NCBI GenBank assembly: GCA_040954595.2
Contig: JBECUI020000033.1
Span: 134,659-198,658 of the forward strand
From: Balanoglossus misakiensis
Taxonomy: Eukaryota; Animalia; Hemichordata
Length of the DNA stretch: 64,000 nt
Reading direction: 5' to 3'
Positions 50,717-59,635 of the stretch are shown here, piece by piece. Under the pieces are notes generated by a model that was not told the DNA's origin, did not search any database, and saw only the letters and a program-made list of their open reading frames with translations. The position numbers and the translations under genes were made by a program. Position 1 is the stretch's first letter. Each line of letters opens with the position of its first letter.

Positions 50717-53416
50717 ATGAATAGAGTGAATGTGATTGTATTAGCTGTTTTGTTACTTATCACTTTTGGATGCTCAAGCCCCTCCCCACAGCTTTCTGTT
50801 GATTATGGAGATATTACCTATCGTGATGAAGGAACAAACATTACCATAACTGGCCTTACGGTTCAGGGAAGCAGCAAAACCACCTTAGAAATTCCCTCTA
50901 GGATAGAGGATAAACCAGTAACGGCCATAGGGAAAATGGCGTTTAAAAACGCCAGCATGACTAGCGTAACCATTCCTGACAGTGTGAATACCATTGAGGC
51001 GGAGGCCTTTAATTCCGCTCAATCCCTGACCGATGTGCGCATTGGGAAAGAACTAACCTCCATAGGCAATCAGGCCTTTGCGGATACGGCCCTGAACAGC
51101 CTAAGCATCCTAGCCCTCCAGGCCCCCAGCATCTCCTCGGATTTCCAAGAAAGCTTTCCCAGTCTGGAAGCCACTTTGCACTACCCTATAGAGGGAAGGG
51201 GTTATGAACTTTCTCCCTGGAAAGATTTTCGGCATACAAAGCCTATTGTCGACCCTAACATCATAGAAAAAACGGAGCTAGGATATAGGAGTCTCCACCT
51301 TACTCTCAGGGCTCCCGTTGGCATTACCATTACCGTAGAAGCCCACAGCACGGAGAATTTCCAAGATAATCCTGCCATAGCCAAGGCAGCCTCCAACCCG
51401 GAGATTGTAGGTTCTCAGGAGCTAAGCCTTACTGATCTGAGCAACGGAGTCCCCTATTACCTTCACTTTCAGGCAGAAAACTCTAGAGATAAGAGCGAAT
51501 GGATAGAGATTGCTAACAATCCCTACACTCCCTCTCTGCAGCATGCCTTTCAGGTAGAAGGAGTCCAAATCGGCCTTGGGACACTTACCCTCAGTTTCAA
51601 GGCTTTCTCTGGAGTTGACATTACTATTGCCACTCATACTCAACAAGACTTCTCTGATACAGGAATAAGCTCAACCATAACAGCTTTAGGAGGCTTTGAA
51701 GAAAGCAACATAAGCAACCTGATAGGAGGCATGGAATACTACCTCCGTGTCCAGGTGGAGACTCTTCAGGGAGAAAAAAGCGAGTGGATAGAGCTTGACT
51801 TCAATCCCTATATTCCCCACGTGCTGTATATTATTGATGTCATACCCCGCTCAGGTCGGGTAAGCAGCATAGTGGGAGTGCGTGAGGGTGTCGAGGCAAA
51901 AATCCAGATTTCCGAAGATGAGAATTTCAGCCCCATCTTCAAAGAAGCTTCCTTAATAGGCACCAGCAGCCCTCAGACGGTGGAGATTAACGGACTCAGC
52001 GATGGGACCTCTTACTACCTTCGCCTCCAGCTGGAGGACGACAGTGCTGCAGACCGTTATTCTACTCCCTTTATACCCACCGCTGACGGTATGCAGCATA
52101 TTCACCGCCTGAGCGAGTTGGCCAAAATCGGAAAAGATGAGAACTATCCTGCCCAATGGCACTACGAATTGATGTCGGACCTTGACTTTGCCGATGCCGA
52201 CAATAACGGAAATCCGAACGATCTCTACGACAGTGACAACAATAGGGAAAACGGGAATTGGAATCCTCTGACCATAGGGAACTACGACTCCAACGACACC
52301 TACCTCGATGGTGGTTTCAGCGGTAGTTTTAACGGAGGAGCTCACAGCATTACTGGCATGACCATTCTGAGTCCTGGGAGCGGTGGAGTCGCTTTTTTCG
52401 GAACTTTGGCGGATGGGGGAGAAATCAAGGACCTCGGTTTAGAAGAAGTGTCTGTCACGGGTGGGCTGTATGTAGGCAGCTTGGTTGGACACAATTACAA
52501 GGGTACGATAAGTCGCAGCCATGCTGTTGGAACTATCATAGGGCAGAACAGGGTAGGTGGACTGGTTGGCAGGAATGACGGTAGCCTAGAGGGCAGTCAT
52601 GCCAACGTGACCCTCTCGGGGAATGGAGACATGATAGGCGGTTTAGTCGGAACGGATTCCGGTGACATAAGCAATAGTTATGCCACGGGAAATGTCACAA
52701 GTAATAATTCCTATATAGGTGGTTTGGTAGGATACAGTGATGCCACCATAAGCAATAGTTATGCCACCGGAGATGTCTTTGGGGAAGGCAATAACGTAGG
52801 TGGTCTGGCTGGGTATTTGAGAAGAGGCATAATCAGCAGCAGCTATGCCACTGGTGCTGTTCTTGGCTTGAATGAGTCTACAGGTGGCCTGATTGGAGAA
52901 ATTAGTGCAGGAGGTATTGTAGAGTACTGCTACGCAACTGGTGGCATCAGAGGACGGCTGTATACAGGTGGCTTAATTGGGTACAACAGCGGTGATATAA
53001 TCAACAGCTATGCCATAGGAGAAGTTACGGGGGATCAGCACACAGGCGGCTTGGTTGGAGGGAATTACAAAGTTATAACGAACAGCTTCGCTTCTGGAAA
53101 TATCATAGGAATGAGCAACCTAGGCGGCTTGGTCGGAACGGTATCGGGAAACCCTGCTGTTATCAGGAATAGCTACCGTTACACAAACCAGATTATCAAC
53201 TTTTCTGAAGTCGAAGGCATCCTTCCCAATACCTTTGGAAGTACGGTCACCCTTTCCGAGTTAAAAACTCTGCGTTGGTATACGAACAACCTGAGTTGGG
53301 GTCACAATTGGCGCATTGACGGTTTGGTAAATGGCTCCCTCCCCTTCTATCCCCACATAATCCTGCCAGTAAATGGCCAAGAAGTACCCAATCAACCCCA
53401 AAATCCCATTCCTTAA
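50717..53416 (+). CDS. Surface lipoprotein paralog 1: BspA-type LRR, FN3-like modules, GLUG-repeat domain (intact)
   Basis: Lipobox ITFGC; IP....VTAIG..AF and VTIPDSV..I...AF (LRR_5); L..G..YY.R modules; repeated SYATG.V.G...VGGLVG. Confidence 0.9.
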   Translation: MNRVNVIVLAVLLLITFGCSSPSPQLSVDYGDITYRDEGTNITITGLTVQGSSKTTLEIPSRIEDKPVTAIGKMAFKNASMTSVTIPDSVNTIEAEAFNSAQSLTDVRIGKELTSIGNQAFADTALNSLSILALQAPSISSDFQESFPSLEATLHYPIEGRGYELSPWKDFRHTKPIVDPNIIEKTELGYRSLHLTLRAPVGITITVEAHSTENFQDNPAIAKAASNPEIVGSQELSLTDLSNGVPYYLHFQAENSRDKSEWIEIANNPYTPSLQHAFQVEGVQIGLGTLTLSFKAFSGVDITIATHTQQDFSDTGISSTITALGGFEESNISNLIGGMEYYLRVQVETLQGEKSEWIELDFNPYIPHVLYIIDVIPRSGRVSSIVGVREGVEAKIQISEDENFSPIFKEASLIGTSSPQTVEINGLSDGTSYYLRLQLEDDSAADRYSTPFIPTADGMQHIHRLSELAKIGKDENYPAQWHYELMSDLDFADADNNGNPNDLYDSDNNRENGNWNPLTIGNYDSNDTYLDGGFSGSFNGGAHSITGMTILSPGSGGVAFFGTLADGGEIKDLGLEEVSVTGGLYVGSLVGHNYKGTISRSHAVGTIIGQNRVGGLVGRNDGSLEGSHANVTLSGNGDMIGGLVGTDSGDISNSYATGNVTSNNSYIGGLVGYSDATISNSYATGDVFGEGNNVGGLAGYLRRGIISSSYATGAVLGLNESTGGLIGEISAGGIVEYCYATGGIRGRLYTGGLIGYNSGDIINSYAIGEVTGDQHTGGLVGGNYKVITNSFASGNIIGMSNLGGLVGTVSGNPAVIRNSYRYTNQIINFSEVEGILPNTFGSTVTLSELKTLRWYTNNLSWGHNWRIDGLVNGSLPFYPHIILPVNGQEVPNQPQNPIP

Positions 53417-54050
53417 AGGCAGATTTCTCATTGCCCCTTGGGAAAGCAGATCCACACCAGCATTCGAAGGGTGTTTTCGGCATACATTGCCTAGTTGGAC
53501 CAAGAGAAATTTCCTTATAGAAAGAATACTTAGCTTACCGGGGATAATTCTGACCTGGTGGTAGGTTTCCATAAAATGCGGTAAAAGTCGGTGGAAATAA
53601 ACATGCCACCAAGTGTCTTCGGTAGGTGTACCATACCCTGCAAGAAGACAGCACGGTGGCAAGGAACAGCATGACACTGATTGAGCTCGCTTAGAAGCAT
53701 GGGAAAACTTCATGAGTAAATGGGTGGGCATCTTCAACAACTCATGGAACCCGAAGTCAAGCAGCAGGTCGGCGCAGAACACCACGAGTGCGACCAAGGC
53801 GGAGAACAACACAGCGAAACGGATACTGAGAGCGGGCTCTGGAAACCAGAGCCAGGACTGTGAACCAGAGGATTCCCAATCTCCGACCAGGAATTTTCTT
53901 ATAGTCAGAAGAAATTTCTTAAACTAACGCAACATTTTTAACGTAAAAAGTAAAACAACTAATTAAAATAATCTTTTTTATCTGTTATCGTAATGAAATT
54001 AATTATTCTAGGTAGTATAGTATAATAATAAATAAATGGAGGATTTTCTA

Positions 54051-57000
54051 ATGTCACGTATTCACACAGTAGTTATTGTTGCGGCTGCACTATTCTTCTT
54101 AGCTGGATGTCCCAATCCATCGACTCCATTTGTACATGAGTCAGGAGACATCGCGTACAAAATTGACGGTTCCTCGATAACCATAGTCGGACTTGCCAAT
54201 CAAGACAGCACAGAAATAGTAATTCCCCCTATGATTCAGGATAAAACCGTAACAATCATTGGTAGAGCAGCATTTAAGGCGTCTAATCTGGTCAAAGTGA
54301 CCATTCCAAACAGTGTAACAACCATTGAAGATGAGGCCTTTCACCTTGCCGCTTCTCTGAAAGAAGTGCGTATAGGAACAGGCATTACTTCCATAGGCAA
54401 TCAAGCTTTTGCCGGTACGGCACTGAATCGGTTGGCCATTCTGGCAACCCAGCCCCCTGAACTTTCGGGAAGCAACCCTGCTGCTGTATTCCCCAGCTCC
54501 CTCATAGAAACCACTTTGGAGTACCCTATCGCAGGAACAAACTTCGGCAGCGCTCCCTGGAGTGATTTTGGCAGCAAAATCACCATCTTGGATTCTGATG
54601 CTATAGAAACCGTTCGAGCAGGGGATGGAAGCATCGCCATCACTCTCAAGGGCATAGCCGGAGTTATCTACACCGCTTCGGCCCATGAGCAGGCGGACTT
54701 CTCCGATACAGGAATAGAAGCCACATCAGAGGCGGCCACGGAAGCTTCCTTGATTTTGATCGTTGGGAATCTGGATAATACAAAACCCTACCATATTCGG
54801 GTACAAGGGAAAAACGTCGACGGAGATAGCAGCAATTGGATAGCAGCTGCCGAGAACCCCTACACTCTTAGCTCCGAGGCCACCCCCGCCATAACAGGAG
54901 TTCAAACCGGTCCGGATTCTCTTACGGTCACGGTCAATGCCTTGGCAGGTATAGACATTACCGTAGAGGCCCATAGCAATGCGGACTTCACTGACCCCAT
55001 ATCAACCATAACTGAAACAGCCACGGGGAGCGACCAGGAACTCACCCTCACCGGCCTGACCGGCGGCACCGATTACTACATTCGGGCCCGAGGAGTGAAC
55101 ACCCAAGGGAACCCAAGCGAATGGGTTGCTGCCAGTGCCAACCCCTACACTCCCAACGTGAATCCTGCCCTTACCCTTGGCGATGATGTCCAGGCTGGCG
55201 GGGGAACGCTCACCGTTACGGCCAATGCCTTGGCAGGTATAGTCATTACCCTAGAGGCCCATAGCAATGTGGACTTCACTGACCTCATAACAACGGTAAC
55301 CCAAGCAGCCACGGGGATTGACCAAGAACTCACCCTCACCGGCCTGACCGGCGGCACCGATTACTACATTCGGGCCCAGGGGGCTAACACCCAAGGGAAC
55401 CTAAGCGAATGGGTTGCTGCCAGTGCCAACCCCTACACTCCCAATGCGGATCCCACTGTTAGCGATTTGAGGGTTGAGAGCTTTTTGGAGACTATTGTCG
55501 CTAAGTTCCGTGCCGTGAGCGGTATTACGGTTACAGTTTATCTCCACACCAGTGCTGACTTCTCTGATCCTGGAACACAGAAGGAGTCCACAGCCACTGG
55601 TGGTATTGACGAAGTAAGTTTTGACAGCTTGTCATCCGGCACTTCCTACTATATTCGGGCCCAGGGAGCCAATGACCAGATGGACCAAAGTGATTGGTTG
55701 GAGGCCAGCGCTAACCCCTATATCCCCTCCACCCTCTACCTCCGTGACGCCATACCTGGGAATGGTATGATAACAGCTAAAGTTGAGTCATCTCTTAGTG
55801 CAGCAGGGAAAGTAGAAGTCTCCACCACATTGGATTTCACCGACATTGCCAAAGTCGTTGCCTTTACAGGAACCGGAAGCGTGCAGGATGTCGTAGTTGA
55901 TACCCTGACTAATGGAACCTCCTATTATCTGCGTGCCAGTCTGGATAGCAGCACTGTGAAACAAGACTACACCACGCCCCTTATTCCCACTGATGGTACC
56001 ACACGCTACATACATCGTTTGAGAGAAATGATCCTTTCGACACCGACGATACTGGAGTTAATGCAACTGGGCTCCCTTACCCCTGGGAGCTTCGCAGGTG
56101 GTTCTGGGAATATCACAGACGGCGTTTTCAGGGCAGCTTCAGTGGAACTTCCGACAGTGGCCCTACACCATTACGGGCATGATTATAAATCTTCCCGAAG
56201 TTTCTCGAGTCGGTTTCTTCTCAGCTCTGAATAATGGAAATATCAGTGATATCGGATTAGTTGAAGCAATAGTCACAGGGAATCTAGTATGTAGGTGCTT
56301 TGATTGGAGACAGTCAAGGCAGCATAAGTGGCAGCTATGCCACGGGGTCTGTGACTGGTCATGGTGGTGAAGTCGGTGGACTAGTCGGAAAACACATGGG
56401 CGGTGATATAGTGGATAGCTATGCCACGGGGTCTGTTACTGGTCGTAGTAGTAGTAGTGAAGTCGGTGGACTAGTCGGAAGTCATCGCGGCGCGAGCAGT
56501 AGTATAAAGAATAGTTATGCCACGGGGTCTGTTACTGGTTATAGTGAAGTTGGTGGACTAGTCGGAGAGTTCAGTGCTTACGAGATAGTGAACAGCTACG
56601 CTACCGGTGATGTTTCGGCTTTGGCTCGCGTGAAGTCGTATGCAGGTGTTTGGTTGGATACTTTTGGATACGGATAAATTCAAACTCACAGAAGATTCAC
56701 CATAGCTATGCTACCGGGGCTGTTACGGGTATAGATATAGTTGGTGGTTTGATTGGTTGTTCGGAATTGGAGAGCAGCGGGGTGATTGCTCAAGATCTAA
56801 ACGTAGTCAATTGTTATGCCACCGGTAACGTCAATGCTGAAAGCTCTGTAGGGGGTTTGATAGGGAACAACGATACAACCTAAATGATAGTTATGCTACC
56901 GGGAGAGTCGTAGGCAGTTCTAAGGTCGGTGGTTAGTTGGAGAGAATTCTGGTATCATAAAGAATAGTTTTGCTGTAGGGGCAGTTAGTGTAGTAAAGAA

Positions 57001-57338
57001 GTTGGTGGTCTGATCGGGTCGTCTTTTCAGCGTACTATTCCATTCGTGATCACGAATAGTTACCGTTACGCTGACCAGGTAGTTGACATTACCGATCTTA
57101 CTGGCACAGGGGAAACTCCCAATATGGAAGGTATTGAGGTCAGCCTATCCAGTTAAAAGCTCAAGCTGGTACACGGGAACTGCTCCCGACGGCTTAGGCT
57201 GGTCCATCGATGGTAGCGGAGGGGGACTACCGTTACATTGGAACATTGCACTCTGATAAATGAAACTACTATCCCCATGTATTCCAAAGCGGAACTACGG
57301 ACGAAGTTCCGAACCAGCCCAACATAACCCTTCCCTAA
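54051..57338 (+). pseudogene. Surface lipoprotein paralog 2 (LRR, FN3-like, GLUG); intact to ~56020, then a ~100-bp deletion and frameshifts
   Basis: GGAGGA RBS, lipobox FLAGC; GLUG fragments 56300-56677 and 56650-56883; ends EVPNQPNITLP-stop at 57338, like the paralog 1 end EVPNQPQNPIP. Confidence 0.85.
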
Positions 57339-57340
57339 TT

Positions 57341-57372
57341 CTTTGTATCCCTGCAAAAGCGGGGATACAAAG
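57341..57372 (+). terminator. Hairpin directly after the paralog 2 stop (second hairpin ~57394-57420)
   Basis: ctttgtatccctgc-aaaa-gcggggatacaaag inverted repeat. Confidence 0.65.
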
Positions 57373-57556
57373 TAGCCATTTCATTATCCAAGAAACCGGG
57401 AAGACTTAGGTCTCCCGGTTGGGTTTTGAGGGTGTGAGCAGGACCGTCCAGCTTGCTTTCCTGAGATAGATTTAAATAAAAGGTTTCGACTTCACTCTTC
57501 TCCTGTGAACAGAAGAAGTTTCTTATCTGCCAGGCTTTTTCCTATACCCGGAAGTC

Positions 57557-58985
57557 GGTAGTGTTTAAAAAAATTGCGCAGATTCTAAAAAGGCAAAAAA
57601 TGTCCTCCAAAGTTGAAATGGAATCGAATGTAAAACCATGCACACGGAGGCCAGAATGAGGTCAGAAAAAGACCCAACGGGAAAGATCATACAGATCGAT
57701 GAAGGTCTCCTACAGAGCAGCCAAATGCTTAAAGAAACCGTATGAAGAAACCTTGAATGCCATGCTCAATGCGAGGCAGATCCTTTACTTCAGGCTGAAA
57801 AATACGAAGCTACGGATGCACAAAAAGATACTCGTGCCGGACATTACACCAGGAAGTTGGATATCACTGCTTTCAAGAGTAGGGACAGGTCGCGACCTGT
57901 CCCTACGTCGGCTTCCATTTGAAACAGCAATTATTGAGCGTTATAAACGCCGGGAAACATCCGTAGAAAGCCTTAGTTGAAATGTATTTAGCCGGTGTTT
58001 CAGTGCGCCGAGTTAAAGATATTACCGAGGCGCCCTTTGGGAAGCAAGGTAAAGCCCTGGGACAATGAGCAATGTGAACCAAGATCTCTTAGTAGGGACA
58101 GGTCGCGACCTGTCCCTACGTCGGCTTCCATTTGAAACAGCAATTATTGAGCGTTATAAACGCCGGGAAACATCCGTTGAAGAAGCCTTAGTTGAAATGT
58201 ATTTAGCTGGTGTTTCAGTGCGCCGAGTTAAAGATATTACCGAGGCGCCCTTTGGGGAAGCAAGGTAAAACCCTGGGACAATGAGCAATGTGAACCAGGA
58301 TCTCTTAGTAGGGACAGGTCGCGACCTGTCCCTACTTCGGCTTCCATTTGAAACAGCAATTATTGAGCGTTATAAACGCCGGGAAACATCCGTTGAAGAA
58401 GCCTTAGTTGAAATGTATTTAGCTGGTGTTTCAGTGCGCCGAGTTAAAGATATTACCGAGGCGCCCTTTGGGGAAGCAAGTAAAGCCCTGGGACAATGAG
58501 CAATTTGAACCAGGATCTCTTAGTAGGGACAGGTCGCGACCTGTCCTACTTCGGCTTCCATTCGAAACAGCAATTATTGAGCGTTATAAACGCCGGGAAA
58601 CATCCGTTGAAGAAGCCTTAGTTGAAATGTATTTAGCCGGTGTTCAGTGCGCCGAGTTAAAGATATTACCGAGGCACCCTTTGGGGAAGCAAGGTAAAGC
58701 CCTGGGACAATGAGCAATTTGAACCAGGACTCTTAGTAGGGACAGGTCGCGACCTGTCCCTACTTCGGCTTCCATTTGAAACAGCAATTATTGAGCGTTA
58801 TAAACGCCGGGAAACATCCGTTGAAGAAGCCTTAGTTGAAATGTATTTAGCTGGTGTTTCAGTGCGCCGAGTTAAAGATATTACCGAGGCGCCCTTTGGG
58901 GAAGCAAGGATAAAGCCTGGACAATGAGGCAATTTGAACCAGGATCTCTTAGTAGGGACAGGTCGCGACCTGTCCCTACTTCGGC
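57557..58985 (+). mobile_element. IS256-family relic (copy 2): left end plus transposase 5' part, with internal tandem amplification
   Basis: Left TIR ggtagtgtttaaaaaaattgcgc; near identity to 31926-32465; no right end of its own. Confidence 0.9.
57878..58980. repeat. Five tandem ~215-bp units delimited by six copies of the GTAG palindrome
   Basis: Palindrome starts at 57878, 58091, 58307, 58522, 58735 and 58951 (28-bp core perfect in five, one C missing at 58522); intervening sequence is the same IS256 transposase fragment. Confidence 0.96.
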
Positions 58986-59067
58986 AGCGACATAGTTGGA
59001 TACGGAAATGCTGTAATTCGTTTTCTACAATTTCCTTATTGTATACTAGTTTGCGAAGTGTTTAATT

Positions 59068-59635
59068 GGTAGTGTTTAAAAAATTGCGCAGATTCTAAAA
59101 AGGCAAGGATACTAAAGCTCTTCATAAGCGACAAATGCATCGGGTTGGCTTGAATCCATCGAAGAGTTTTTCCCCAAAGCACGATGGCAACGATGCGTTG
59201 TTCACTATTACAGGAATGTATTCTCAGGTGGTTCCCCGTGAGAAGGTCCGTGAAGTTGCAGCAATGCTGAGAAGGCAATTCATGGCCAAGAAGATCGTGA
59301 TGCTGCTCTTGAGAAGGCTCAACTGATTGAAGCGAAACTCCGCAATATGAAACTTCCCAAGGCTGCTGACATGGTGAGAAACTATATCCACGTTCGAAGA
59401 ACCCTGGTTCGCAGAACCCTGGTTCGAAGAACCCTGGTTCGAAGAACCATAATAGCAGAACATTTCCCCGGTGGGGGATTCGGCCCTTATGCTATCAGCT
59501 GCCGGCACATCATGGGAACAAAATGGATTACAGAAAAGCATTTGAATATGGACTTACTTAAAGCGGTGGGCAAGATGTACGTTAGGCACTTTCAACATTG
59601 GAGATTTGAAAGTGCGCAAAATTCTTGACACTACC
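59068..59635 (+). mobile_element. Internally deleted IS256 derivative (copy 3, MITE-like) with both TIRs
   Basis: Left TIR at 59068 joined after ~37 bp to sequence matching 32630 onward; right TIR gcgcaaaattcttgacactacc ends at 59635. Confidence 0.88.

Noticed and set aside
57878-58980. CRISPR array with 30-bp palindromic repeat
   Set aside because: Intervening segments are ~185 bp and all the same IS256 fragment; no cas genes
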